A DNA stretch of 63,379 nucleotides from Verrucomicrobiales bacterium (GCA_047616785.1 JBLHHN010000001.1:1-63379); one strand, 5' to 3'; positions 27,817 through 37,927 are shown, counted from the first letter of the stretch. The notes: generated from the sequence alone by a model not told the origin. Numbers and translations: made by a program.

Positions 27817-29538
27817 ATGAGTGATTCCGCCCCCATCAATCTTAACGACTTTCAGCTCAAACCTCAGTGGGTTGATGAGCTGGATAAACCGAGCCGTTTC
27901 GACATCTTCGATAAAGGCAATGTTAGTTCAGACCGTGGTGGTCAGAGATCTGGCGGCGGTGGTGGTCGCGGACCACGCACAGGCGGCGGTGGTGGCGGCC
28001 ATGGACGAGAAGGGGGAGATCGGCCTCGCCCTCAAGGCGGTGGTGGAGGCGGAGGAGATCGATCTCGTCGTCCACAGGGTGGCACAGGCGGCGGCGGTGA
28101 CATGCGCGGCAACCAGCGCTCGGATCGTCCGCGTCGTGATGGTCCTCCACAAGAACGTCGTCCAGAGCGTCCGCCACTCTACGAACTTCTAGACATCGAA
28201 TTGTTTCCTGACGTTCTTGGCGTCGAGGCTGTGGCCAAGCAGATCAAGATGACCGGGCGCTCCTATCCTATCTTCGATCTTGCTCGACTCGTGCTGGGTG
28301 GCCCTGAACGCTATCATGCGCGTTTCACTCTAAAGCCGGAGACGACCCAAATAGAATTGATCGAGTGCACGCTCGATCAGTCTCTATGGACCGCCACGGA
28401 CGAAGCGCTTCGCCATCTACGTTCAGGCGGCCTCTTTGACGATTACTACAAGAGAGAAGAGATCGCGGTGGATCCTCCCAAAGGGAACTTCGCCGTCATC
28501 GCGGTGTGTGGCCTTACTGGCGCTTTGTTAGGCCCGCCCAACTTCCACTCTTATCAGAAGAGCATCATTGACCTGCACCAGGCCCGCTACAGCCGCATGC
28601 ACATTGACGCCTACAAGCGGAAGATTCAGATGCGGCGTGATGAGGAAACGATCGAGAAATGGAAATCCTCGCTCACCAAATCGACTCAATACACCTACCT
28701 CAAGACGCCCGAGGGCGAAGAGGCTCCTGTCTTCAAGACTTTCAGTGAAGCAGAGGCCCATTTCGTGAAAACGCACGGTGCCGAGACCTTCGTCAAAGTG
28801 AAAGAGGCGACGGTACATGGCGTCATCAGCCCCAAGCTGATCTCCCCTGCCCTTCACAACATGCTCACGCGAAACGTCGAGCGACTGACCAAGTTCCCAA
28901 TGCCCATGGTGAGAAATGTCAGTCCAATGCTAGAGAAGACGGGGCTTCGTTTCTTCAAGATCGGTCGCAAGGAAACGTATGTCGCGCGGTCTCGCCCACG
29001 TGGTCTCAGCAAGGCTGACGTTTCGCCACGTATCCGGTCCATTGTTCAATACATCCGTGACAATGAGAAGCAGGACTTGAACAAGCTGGTCACTGCGCTT
29101 GTCCCTAACGCCACCACACAGGTAGGGAGCGAGCCGACTCCTGAAGAGATCGAGTTCCTCAAAGACTTGCGTTGGCTCATCCGTGAGGGCTACGTCATCG
29201 AGTTCAGCACCGGCGAGCTACGCTTAGGATCTTCCAACTCCACACTTCCGCCCGCAACCAGATCACAGGGATCTCCCGGCGCCGCCAAGACGGAGAAAGA
29301 GAAAGGGGATCGTCCAAAGCGCGAGAAGAAGAAGCGTATCAGAAAGCGCAGGCCTGCCAAGCGCCGCGTGCCTAACAAGATTACGATCATGAAGAAGAAG
29401 CGTCGCCTTCTCCGCCGCGCGACCGCGCTGGCCGAAGGAAGTCGCCTCACCATTCGCCGGAAGAAGGTGATGCTACGGAAGACGAGCCTTCATGGCCGGA
29501 CGCCTAGCAATGCGCAATTGCGCCGCACGCATCGCTAG
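27817..29538 (+). CDS. hypothetical protein with an N-terminal RGG/Gly-Arg low-complexity region and a Lys/Arg-rich C-terminal tail
   Basis: 573-aa ORF. Residues ~38-125 are G/R-rich (GGQRSGGGGGRGPRTGGGGGGHGREGGDRPRPQGGGGGGGDRSRRPQGG...). The central ~350 aa look globular. The last ~90 aa are strongly basic and end in ...LRRTHR. No family recognised. Confidence 0.7.
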   Translation: MSDSAPINLNDFQLKPQWVDELDKPSRFDIFDKGNVSSDRGGQRSGGGGGRGPRTGGGGGGHGREGGDRPRPQGGGGGGGDRSRRPQGGTGGGGDMRGNQRSDRPRRDGPPQERRPERPPLYELLDIELFPDVLGVEAVAKQIKMTGRSYPIFDLARLVLGGPERYHARFTLKPETTQIELIECTLDQSLWTATDEALRHLRSGGLFDDYYKREEIAVDPPKGNFAVIAVCGLTGALLGPPNFHSYQKSIIDLHQARYSRMHIDAYKRKIQMRRDEETIEKWKSSLTKSTQYTYLKTPEGEEAPVFKTFSEAEAHFVKTHGAETFVKVKEATVHGVISPKLISPALHNMLTRNVERLTKFPMPMVRNVSPMLEKTGLRFFKIGRKETYVARSRPRGLSKADVSPRIRSIVQYIRDNEKQDLNKLVTALVPNATTQVGSEPTPEEIEFLKDLRWLIREGYVIEFSTGELRLGSSNSTLPPATRSQGSPGAAKTEKEKGDRPKREKKKRIRKRRPAKRRVPNKITIMKKKRRLLRRATALAEGSRLTIRRKKVMLRKTSLHGRTPSNAQLRRTHR

Positions 29539-29540
29539 GT

Positions 29541-30623
29541 GTGAGCCCTTCGCCCGATGCAATGGGCTACCAAATGCCCGCCGAGTGGGAGCCGCAGGAA
29601 GCCATCTGGCTTTCCTGGCCGACTCATCCGGAATCCTGGCCCGATCAAGACAAGCTGATTGAGCGGCAGTTCGCTTCCATCGCGGCAGCGATCAGTCGGC
29701 ATGAGATCGTTCGCATCAATGCCGCGCCTGAAGTGCATGCAGAGATCGAGCGTGCCTTGCAAGCCGCCGATACCATCATGGATCGTGCAGAACTCTATGC
29801 GCATCCTAACGATGATGTTTGGTGCCGCGACCATGGCCCGATCTTTGTCAAACATCGCGAGACAGGAGGTCTCGCCATCACGGACTGGGGATTCAATGGC
29901 TGGGGTGACAAGTTCGGTCCCTATGCCCTGGACAATCAGATTCCCAAGCGAGTCGCCGATACGTTAGAGCTACCCATTTTCGAAGGCGGCATGATTCTTG
30001 AAGGAGGCTCTATCGAGGTGAATACCCATGGCCAACTTCTGACCACCGAAGCCGTGCTCCTCAACCCTAACCGGAACCCCGATCTTGGCCGAGAAGATAT
30101 CGAAGCCCGATTGAAGGCGATGTTAGGCATGCAAGAGATCATCTGGTTAGGCCAGGGCATCGAAGGAGATGATACGGATGGCCACATTGATGACGTCGCC
30201 CGATTCGTCAGTGACAGCACCATCGTGCTCTCCTGGGAAAAGAACTCCAAGAGCCCTAACCATCGCATCTTGCATGAGAACCGCGAACGTTTGCAGGATG
30301 TCCGCACACCTGACGGCTCCAAGATGGAGATCATCGAGGTCCCACTTCCGAAGATCGACGAAGTGCCAGGCTGGCGGCTGCCCGTGCTCCCTGCCAATTA
30401 CGTCAATTTCCTCATCCTGAACACCGCCGTAATCGTGCCCGTCTTCGGCCACAAGAAGTCCGACACACTCGGCTGCGGCATCATTGGAGAGCTCTTTGGG
30501 GATCGTGAGATCATTCCATTGCAATGCCTCGATATCGTTCACGAAGGCGGCGCGCTCCACTGCATCTCGCAGCAACAACCGAGTTCGTTCAATCACCGAT
30601 CCGTGGAGATCGATTCGGCGTAG
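29541..30623 (+). CDS. aguA: agmatine deiminase-like enzyme (Porphyromonas-type peptidyl-arginine deiminase family)
   Basis: Contains MPAEWEPQEAIWLSWP, WCRDHGP, DGHIDD and EGGALHCISQQQP (catalytic Cys). The start is either the GTG at 29541 or the ATG at 29562. Confidence 0.85.
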   Translation: MSPSPDAMGYQMPAEWEPQEAIWLSWPTHPESWPDQDKLIERQFASIAAAISRHEIVRINAAPEVHAEIERALQAADTIMDRAELYAHPNDDVWCRDHGPIFVKHRETGGLAITDWGFNGWGDKFGPYALDNQIPKRVADTLELPIFEGGMILEGGSIEVNTHGQLLTTEAVLLNPNRNPDLGREDIEARLKAMLGMQEIIWLGQGIEGDDTDGHIDDVARFVSDSTIVLSWEKNSKSPNHRILHENRERLQDVRTPDGSKMEIIEVPLPKIDEVPGWRLPVLPANYVNFLILNTAVIVPVFGHKKSDTLGCGIIGELFGDREIIPLQCLDIVHEGGALHCISQQQPSSFNHRSVEIDSA

Positions 30624-32413
30624 GCAAGTTCTCCGGTGCGGCCATCGTAGTATTGAAAGATGACCTGCGGATGTGGATACGCGACGAGACGCTTTTCACC
30701 CAGCTTCTGCGGCATGTTGAAGACGTTGTTCAACTGGACGATGCAGAAATATGGGTACAAACGCTCCAGACGCGGGAGATCGGGTAGAATGTAAGAACTC
30801 CAGCGAATGTCGCATTCGCGCGGACCAAAGGTCCATTTGCCGGTGGCGGGGCGATCGCTTTCGTCGAGTTTGGGCACGTGATTGACACTGTTGTGAGGAC
30901 CACAGCAGAACTCCCAGACATTGCCTGTGATCTTGATCGCAAAACTGTGATGAAGATCACCCGTCATGACAAACACCTTCTTGCCCATCTCTTCCCATGC
31001 GTTGATCAACTTCTCGCGTTCGTCGAAGAAGCCAGTCCAAGCTTCTTCTTTGTTCTCATTGTCGGCCTCGAATCCGCCAGCACCGCTGTGTGGGATCATG
31101 AAGGGCACGGATGAGGTGAGAAAGAAGAAATCCGCATCGCTTGCCTTCATAGAGTCTAACAACCAGTCACGCTGCTGCGTTCCAAGCATGGACAGGCCAG
31201 GCTTGTCCCGTTGACGGACGTCGTGCATGTCACGTGCTCCGCGCGTGTCGAGGAGGTAAAACTCGCAATTGGCCACGCGGAACTTTCCGTAACTGCTTCG
31301 CCCAATCGAGTAAGACACCTTACTGGTGACTTTGGCAGGCATGTGAAGCTCTAACGTGCACTTATCTATCACCTTATCGATCCCGTAGACATAGGAATTC
31401 TTGTGCCCCTCGTCGTTGTCATAGCGCATGTCGTTGACGCCAGCTTCTTTAGTCCCCCAATGCACATGCAAGTTCAGCATGGTCTCTAGAGGCAACTTGG
31501 TGAAGTCGGCATCGGGATCGACTAGCAATTTGCTATCTTTAGTCATTTCACTTTGCCCGAAATGGACTCGCTGGGCATGCTCCACGGGATTGGCCCAGCC
31601 GAGATAGTCGTACCAAGCGCGAGTGCCAATATCCCGAAAGACCGAGCGGCGGTGGCGCTTGCCCTCGCTACCCGCGCCCCAGATATCATTGACCAATTCG
31701 TGATCATCGAATGTGAAATAGCTTGGTACATTGCGGTGCCACTTGGCCAAGTCGACACCGCGATCGAGGTAGAGTTTGTAGTTCTCCCAGACGCCCACGA
31801 TTGTCGGCATCGTCTGCACCGTGGATGGAAGCGTATCCACACCTTGTATCAAGCGCCAGGCCTCGGGCGGATACTCGCGCAGCTCTTCATAGAGCCAATC
31901 GCCATTCATGATGTGGAAATGGACTTTGTCCGCCCAGTCACGATTCAGATTCTCGTAGGTTGGCAAACGATGGCCGACTCCGTGGAGAGGATTCTGATTC
32001 GCACAGGAACCGACTTCGAAACGGAAGTTGAAGAGTCCCTTCGGATTGTTCTCCGGGTGACGACTCTGGTCGGCGCTCGGCAACGTGCGGAAAGTGCCAG
32101 GGTGTCCATGTGGACGCTCATTCACCCACACCTGATAGTGATAGGAGGTGTCCGCATCAAGCCCTGACAACGTCACTGAACCCGTGTTATCACTGGCGAG
32201 ATCGGTCCCTCCTTCGTTCTGCTGCCCCATGCCCTCATCTGAGCCATACTTTACGGTGAACGCGCCAGGATCGGACGTACGCGCCCAAACCCTAACGGAT
32301 TCTGAAGTAACATGACCCAGCATCGGGCCATGGGTCAGCCGAATAGGATCTCGCTCGGCAGATGCCGATGAAATCCCGATGACGAGAAGAAGATAAAGAC
32401 GCCAGGTATTCAC
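30593..32413 (-). CDS. PhoD-like alkaline phosphatase / metallophosphoesterase
   Basis: Signal peptide, a PhoD N-terminal beta domain (SVRVWARTSDPGAFTVKYG) and metallophosphoesterase motifs (NGDWLYE, VMTGDLHHSF). The GTG start abuts the upstream TAG stop. Confidence 0.85.
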   Translation of the reverse strand: MNTWRLYLLLVIGISSASAERDPIRLTHGPMLGHVTSESVRVWARTSDPGAFTVKYGSDEGMGQQNEGGTDLASDNTGSVTLSGLDADTSYHYQVWVNERPHGHPGTFRTLPSADQSRHPENNPKGLFNFRFEVGSCANQNPLHGVGHRLPTYENLNRDWADKVHFHIMNGDWLYEELREYPPEAWRLIQGVDTLPSTVQTMPTIVGVWENYKLYLDRGVDLAKWHRNVPSYFTFDDHELVNDIWGAGSEGKRHRRSVFRDIGTRAWYDYLGWANPVEHAQRVHFGQSEMTKDSKLLVDPDADFTKLPLETMLNLHVHWGTKEAGVNDMRYDNDEGHKNSYVYGIDKVIDKCTLELHMPAKVTSKVSYSIGRSSYGKFRVANCEFYLLDTRGARDMHDVRQRDKPGLSMLGTQQRDWLLDSMKASDADFFFLTSSVPFMIPHSGAGGFEADNENKEEAWTGFFDEREKLINAWEEMGKKVFVMTGDLHHSFAIKITGNVWEFCCGPHNSVNHVPKLDESDRPATGKWTFGPRECDIRWSSYILPDLPRLERLYPYFCIVQLNNVFNMPQKLGEKRLVAYPHPQVIFQYYDGRTGELAYAESISTDR

Positions 32414-33850
32414 CTAGACGTTCTCAGGAACCTCGAATCCAGTGCGATAATCGCGGCGGAGAAGGTTGAGAGCTGGCATGGTCGCGCTTGGCCCGGTGAA
32501 GGTTTCTTTCTCAGCGTCGATCTCTAACATCGCTCCAAGTTGAATATTGGCCTTGGCCACATCGACTTCGTTGGCATCCAAGTGCGTGTGGAAGTCATCC
32601 AGGACGTGGTTCCAAGGAGCGAAATCCTTGATCCGACTCTCGGCTTCTCCCTTCTCGTAGGCACCTCCTAGGCGATAGGAAATATTGCCCAAGTGACACC
32701 AAGCGCTGGAATAGTGGATGTCCTCTATCTCTGCATTGAGTTGCTCTTTCTTTCGCGAACGCAGGGTATCGATGAAATTCTGCGCGTGAGCACCGCCACC
32801 GTCGCCTTTGAATTTCTTGAGTTCCTTGCCTTCCTGATCGTAGGCACGGCCGCCGCCGCGACCACCAGCATAGTAGCCATTCTCACACTCGATGACAAGG
32901 AAACTGCCAGTGCGACGGCGTTTGTAAATGTCACCACCCTTGACGCCTTTAGCGCGAGGCAGATTGTGCACGTCCATGATGACGGGGACGTCACCGGTGT
33001 CCATGTAAATGAAGTGTGTGTTAGGCGTATTACCCGCATCATCCCACCCGAAGCGACCGCCACCAGCAAGCACGCGCTTGGGATACGCGATCTTGTCACG
33101 GAAGACGACGTTACGAAGATCATCAATGATGTGCGGTCCCCAGTTCCCGAGCTCACCACTGCCGAGATTCCAATCCCAGTGCCAGTCGTAGTGAAACTTC
33201 TCGCGATAGATCGGCAGATCCTGAGCTGGGCCTAACCAAAGATTATAGTCGACCGTAGGCGGAGGCGTCAAAGGCGTCTGCCGTTTGCCGATGCTATCAC
33301 GCATGCCATAACGATTGCATCGAACGTACTTCATCTTTCCGAGTTCACCAGAATCGAGGTAAGCCTTGATCTCGCTCTGCAATTCATCGCTGCGTTGCTG
33401 CGTGCCGCCCTGCACGATCCTATCATACTTGCGAGCCGCTTCGACCAACTTGCGCCCTTCCCAGATATTGTGGGAAATGGGCTTCTCCACATAGACATCT
33501 TTGCCCGCCTGACAAGCCCACACCGACGCGAGGACGTGCCAGTGGTTGCAGGTGGAGACGACCACGGCATCAATGTCTTTGTCTTCAATGACGTTGCGCA
33601 GGTCCTGAGTGGTCTTGGCATTCGGATAGGATTTCTTGGCCCGATCCACGGCTTTAGAATCCGCATCACAGAGATACGCGATCTCCACTCCTGGGATCCC
33701 ACCAAACCACTTGGCTGAGCCCATGCCACGGCCACCCAGCCCGATCATTCCAAGACGGATCTTCTCATTGGCCCCCAGCACATTGGAGGTTGAGAGCGCG
33801 GTGAAAGACATGGCGGACGTAGCCAGAAAGGAACGGCGTGAGTAAGTCAT
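32414..33850 (-). CDS. Tat-signal Gfo/Idh/MocA family oxidoreductase
   Basis: Twin-arginine signal (SRRSFLATSAMSF), Rossmann motif (MIGLGGRG) and the EKP motif (YVEKPIS). Confidence 0.9.
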   Translation of the reverse strand: MTYSRRSFLATSAMSFTALSTSNVLGANEKIRLGMIGLGGRGMGSAKWFGGIPGVEIAYLCDADSKAVDRAKKSYPNAKTTQDLRNVIEDKDIDAVVVSTCNHWHVLASVWACQAGKDVYVEKPISHNIWEGRKLVEAARKYDRIVQGGTQQRSDELQSEIKAYLDSGELGKMKYVRCNRYGMRDSIGKRQTPLTPPPTVDYNLWLGPAQDLPIYREKFHYDWHWDWNLGSGELGNWGPHIIDDLRNVVFRDKIAYPKRVLAGGGRFGWDDAGNTPNTHFIYMDTGDVPVIMDVHNLPRAKGVKGGDIYKRRRTGSFLVIECENGYYAGGRGGGRAYDQEGKELKKFKGDGGGAHAQNFIDTLRSRKKEQLNAEIEDIHYSSAWCHLGNISYRLGGAYEKGEAESRIKDFAPWNHVLDDFHTHLDANEVDVAKANIQLGAMLEIDAEKETFTGPSATMPALNLLRRDYRTGFEVPENV

Positions 33851-33982
33851 AGTAATGGTGATAAACCTTAAGAGTTGGTCGTGCCAGCAGAAACCCTAAG
33901 ATCGTTGAATAGGCTCGTTCCGATGCCTCATGGTAAACGAATCTTGATTGACGAACGTGGAGCACGTTAGGACCATCACAAC

Positions 33983-35101
33983 ATGAGCAATCAAGAGGAA
34001 TTCGATTTTCAAAATGAAGACGCCAGGTCTGATCATCCCGCCAAGGAACTGGTCGTCCCGGAAGTCTCAGAGGACCTTTGGCGGGAACTTCACCAAGCCG
34101 CTGATGCGGTGAAAAAAGTGGCTCCTTGGAAGAAACTTTATGATGGCGATTGGTTCGGCTTGGTCGATCCGGTGAGCGGAGACACCTTCATCGGTTCGAT
34201 CCTGGGCAACTCTCGTCAGGTGTACGGCGTTCACCTCTACCTCCAACCGGAAGGTATTGAGTTTTGGAATGACACTATCATCACGAATGAGACGGACATT
34301 CAAGCGCTGCAGTTCCGCAACCGTATGCTAGAAATAGAGTATGTAGCCAAGGGAAGACTTGAGCCCGAAGACCTCGAGATACGGGAGCGCCTGAACTTGC
34401 CGAATCCGCCCAACAAAGGACGGCCCTATGCCAACTTTCGTTCGATTCGCCCCATGTGCAGCCCTTGGTTCATCGAGAAAGAGGAAGCGCGTCTTCTAGT
34501 CTTGTTAGCCCACGCCTCTCTTGCACACTATCGAACCTACGATTTCGAGGCTCACCAAGACGATTATATTCCGGGCCCAAATCATCTCCCTATCATCCCC
34601 ACATTCGCACTCCGCGACGGCGGTGATCCTGCCAATGATGCTGATTGGGAACGGACCGAAGCTGAGATGCCGGTGGCCCACGAATCAGACGTCGGTGAGG
34701 CGGATGATCTTCTGCAGCACCGTGTCAATGCTGTGCCCGTTAAGGCTGGCACTTGGCAAATTGCCGCCATGGCACTTCCACAGCCAATGGCTGATTGGGA
34801 AAGGCCCTACTTCCCTCGCGTCACGATCGCCGTGGACAAGGAAACAGAGATGGTCATGGGCTTCAGCATGCATGGCCCAGAAGTCCCGATTGCTTCACAG
34901 TTTGCCGAAGTCCTCGCAAAGGGTGGGGAGGAAGCAGGATTCCTTCCGAAGCTGATCGAGGTGTGCGCGCCCGCAGCCTTCGAATCCATTGAGCCCTTGC
35001 TCGAAGATTCCCAAGTCTCGGTGGAGCGTCGGGTCAAACTCTCTGCGTGGTTGCGTGCCGCTGAAGCTATTCAGCAGGGGTCACACAATCAGTTTCAATG
35101 A
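33983..35101 (+). CDS. conserved-looking hypothetical cytoplasmic protein
   Basis: 372-aa ORF of balanced composition. I cannot assign a family. It overlaps the next ORF by 4 nt (ATGA). Confidence 0.65.
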   Translation: MSNQEEFDFQNEDARSDHPAKELVVPEVSEDLWRELHQAADAVKKVAPWKKLYDGDWFGLVDPVSGDTFIGSILGNSRQVYGVHLYLQPEGIEFWNDTIITNETDIQALQFRNRMLEIEYVAKGRLEPEDLEIRERLNLPNPPNKGRPYANFRSIRPMCSPWFIEKEEARLLVLLAHASLAHYRTYDFEAHQDDYIPGPNHLPIIPTFALRDGGDPANDADWERTEAEMPVAHESDVGEADDLLQHRVNAVPVKAGTWQIAAMALPQPMADWERPYFPRVTIAVDKETEMVMGFSMHGPEVPIASQFAEVLAKGGEEAGFLPKLIEVCAPAAFESIEPLLEDSQVSVERRVKLSAWLRAAEAIQQGSHNQFQ

Positions 35102-36009
35102 GTGCTAGAATTCTCTTCTTACTGCTCTTCCCATGGAATGTGAACGCAGGCGATTTGGCAAAGGCGCTAGAATCGCTTCCCAAGCAATCTGCTCCATTCG
35201 ACTGCACCAGCATCGACGACGCGATTCCGCCAGGCGGTCATTTCCAAGGAATTCAGCTCGCCGCCATTCAAGGAGTGCCTCACGCGATTCTTAGCGGAAG
35301 CTCCGATGAGGAGTCCTACTTGATGCTAGTCCGACTGGATGACAAACGCCGTGCTGTCTCCGCCACGCGGAAAACGCTTCTGCCGAAGCCTTACAAACAT
35401 GCCGGAGGGATTCAAATCGCAGGACGTTTCCTGGCAGTCGGAATTGAAGACAATGAAAAGAAAGACACTTCGATCGTGTGGATCCTCGACATCGATCAAT
35501 TAAAGGAAGAGACGATCAAACCTTTCATTGAGATCAAACGTGAGGGTCCCGTGAAGCGTTCCACCGCCGGAGCCGTTGGGCTCGCGAAGATGGGAGAGAA
35601 ACATCTGCTCGCGGTCGGATCTTGGGATTCAGCTACGATCGATTTCTACGAGTCGAACAACCGTCCACTCGAAGCTGACGACTGTCAGTTTACGCTAGTG
35701 CACTCTTGGGATGCGGCAGATGCAGACCGTTCGAAATGGTTCGATCCAAAGCTCCCATCCTATCAGAACATTAATCTGATCGTCGACGATCACGGCGCGA
35801 TCCAGCTGATCGGCTTCGCCAACACCGGCGGAAAGAACCATGCAGACGTCTTTCTCGTCGATCTCTCAACGCATCGTCTGGTGAAGAAAACCAGTCACGT
35901 TTTCAAATGTCAGGATACGAGTTTCCAAAGCGGCGCCGGAATGCATGGACACACCAAGGTCATCTCTTGTGCCGGACGCGAATGGGCTATCGAAGGCTTC
36001 GGAAAGTGA
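35098..36009 (+). CDS. hypothetical secreted protein
   Basis: Signal peptide (ILFLLLFPWNVNAG) followed by a beta-rich sequence. It is translationally coupled to the preceding ORF. Confidence 0.6.
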   Translation: MSARILFLLLFPWNVNAGDLAKALESLPKQSAPFDCTSIDDAIPPGGHFQGIQLAAIQGVPHAILSGSSDEESYLMLVRLDDKRRAVSATRKTLLPKPYKHAGGIQIAGRFLAVGIEDNEKKDTSIVWILDIDQLKEETIKPFIEIKREGPVKRSTAGAVGLAKMGEKHLLAVGSWDSATIDFYESNNRPLEADDCQFTLVHSWDAADADRSKWFDPKLPSYQNINLIVDDHGAIQLIGFANTGGKNHADVFLVDLSTHRLVKKTSHVFKCQDTSFQSGAGMHGHTKVISCAGREWAIEGFGK

Positions 36010-36015
36010 CAGCAA

Positions 36016-37047
36016 TCACTCACCTTCATAGCCGCGCCACATCCAGACAAGCGTGTCTGCTAGAGTGTGTTCGAAAACTCGTTTATCACAGTGCCCAGTG
36101 CCGCTGCTGAAGACATAGCGATAGTCGTAACCTTTCGCTTCGAGTGCGTCAGCGGTGCGCAGATTGGCCATGACCCAGTTGTGGTGGCCCTTTTCTGATG
36201 CGTTGGCTCCATTGTCATTCTCAGACACGTGGGTGAAGATACGTAGCGGCTGCTTCTCGCTATTTTTGATTAGCTCCATGCTAGAGTGATACTCCCAAGC
36301 ACCGAAAGGGTACTGCGATTCCTCAGGAGCATCGTTGTCTTGTTGATCGACAAACGTTCCTGAATAGGTGATCAGTCGACGAAACAAATCCGGGCGGAAC
36401 CAACCCATGGTCAGGGCAGCAGCGCCACCTGAGCTGCACCCCATGGAGGCTTTCCCCCAAGGGTTGTCTGTGAAGGCGATGTTAGGATAGGCCGCTTTGA
36501 TCTCCGCATTGTTCAGGACGGCAGCTAGCACTTCGTCGTTGATGAAACGGGCGAAGCGATCGGACATCGTGTCGTACTCGAGACCACGCTCGCTGTTCTT
36601 TCCATCATTCCCACCGTTCTGAACGGCGATGGCAATGAAGGCTGGCAATCGACGGTCTTTGTCTTTTGAAATGGTTAGGTTGTCCAAAGCATGACGGACG
36701 AGATCGAGACGACCAGGACCATCATGGGTAACAAGAATGGGCGCCTTGGTCCCATCTTTATAAACGGCTGGCACATACACAAAGATCTTCCGCTCCATGC
36801 GCACCGGCTTCTTGTCAGGCTCCAACGTGGGATCATCTCCACGGAAGATCTTGCTATCCGCCAAGCGCATCTTGAATTCGAAACTCTTTCCTTTGGGATT
36901 ACCCTGATCGGTCAGGTCAGGATCGATCTTGTATTCGGGACCGACCGTGTGATTGCCATTGCCCTGCTTGCCTGGGTTCTCAGCTGCGTATGAAGTGAGA
37001 GAGATGACCAAGAAGGTGTAAAACAATAAGAAACTTGACGCAGACAT
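36016..37047 (-). CDS. secreted esterase (putative-esterase / enterochelin-esterase-like alpha/beta fold)
   Basis: Signal peptide from the Met at 37047 (MSASSFLLFYTFLVISLTSYAA) and nucleophile elbow GCSSGG followed by AAALTMGWFRPDLF. Confidence 0.8.
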   Translation of the reverse strand: MSASSFLLFYTFLVISLTSYAAENPGKQGNGNHTVGPEYKIDPDLTDQGNPKGKSFEFKMRLADSKIFRGDDPTLEPDKKPVRMERKIFVYVPAVYKDGTKAPILVTHDGPGRLDLVRHALDNLTISKDKDRRLPAFIAIAVQNGGNDGKNSERGLEYDTMSDRFARFINDEVLAAVLNNAEIKAAYPNIAFTDNPWGKASMGCSSGGAAALTMGWFRPDLFRRLITYSGTFVDQQDNDAPEESQYPFGAWEYHSSMELIKNSEKQPLRIFTHVSENDNGANASEKGHHNWVMANLRTADALEAKGYDYRYVFSSGTGHCDKRVFEHTLADTLVWMWRGYEGE

Positions 37048-37102
37048 TCGCCAAGTATCGAAGGTTCGTCTAGAAAAGCCAAGCAGCGAAACGAACACAA
37101 CC

Positions 37103-37927
37103 ATGGAAAGCCGACATGAAAAGATGACGATGGAGTCCTTCGAAAGAATGCCTCATCGGCTAGGCTGGAAATATGAGTACGGTGATGGGCTCGCGCACAT
37201 CACGCCTGGTCATCATTCCGTCATGACGTTCTTGGATCTATCTGATGAAACTCCGAGGCAACGAGTCATTGAGAATGTGCGTGTGACAGAGATCGACGCA
37301 GCCACAGATCATCAGCCAATGTTGGACCTCTACGTTCTTGCCTTTCTTGAAACTTACGAGTTCTGTGATAGTCTATTTGAAGACATCATTGAGACCGCTT
37401 CGAAAGATATCGCAGGTTTCCTCAACGAAACCCGTGGGCCAATCAACCGTGCCTCACGGGTGGCGATCGACACGACATCAGGAGCACTGATCGGAGCGAC
37501 GTTGATCGCAGACACTCAGCCTAATCTGACGCTCGATCCCGAAGATGTGCCCGGACCAGAGCAACGCTTGCTGCTTGTCGATCAAGCCTGGCAGCGGCAG
37601 GGCCTCGGCCAGGCCTTGTTGGGCGCCGCCTGTGCGGCGCTGCGAGCGCACGGAAAGGGCTGTCTTCGAAGCCGCTACGCGGTCGGAAACGAGCCGAGCC
37701 AACACTGGCATCACCAAGCGGGTTTCGTCGATCGGCCAGGACCTCTAGCGCTCAGTCATTACCTCATGCACGCCCGATGGGAATTGGCGCGTTTAAAGAA
37801 CGCCGGTGAACTGGATGATGCTGAGATCTGTCAGCGCGAAGAGGCGTTCGATGAACTATCAAAAGAGCGAGAAAGATTGATGACGCTCTCTTGTCAGGCG
37901 AAAGAAAGCTACAACGGCAAATCGTAG
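37103..37927 (+). CDS. GNAT-family N-acetyltransferase-like protein
   Basis: An acetyl-CoA-binding-type motif (QAWQRQGLGQALLGAA) sits in the expected position. The rest of the protein is unassigned. Confidence 0.65.
   Translation: MESRHEKMTMESFERMPHRLGWKYEYGDGLAHITPGHHSVMTFLDLSDETPRQRVIENVRVTEIDAATDHQPMLDLYVLAFLETYEFCDSLFEDIIETASKDIAGFLNETRGPINRASRVAIDTTSGALIGATLIADTQPNLTLDPEDVPGPEQRLLLVDQAWQRQGLGQALLGAACAALRAHGKGCLRSRYAVGNEPSQHWHHQAGFVDRPGPLALSHYLMHARWELARLKNAGELDDAEICQREEAFDELSKERERLMTLSCQAKESYNGKS

Noticed and set aside
27930-28190. GGN-rich repetitive DNA considered as a CRISPR-like, tandem-repeat or G-quadruplex element.
   Set aside because: It is imperfect, lies in-frame, and encodes the RGG/Gly-Arg low-complexity region of the 573-aa ORF. 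There is no repeat-spacer periodicity.
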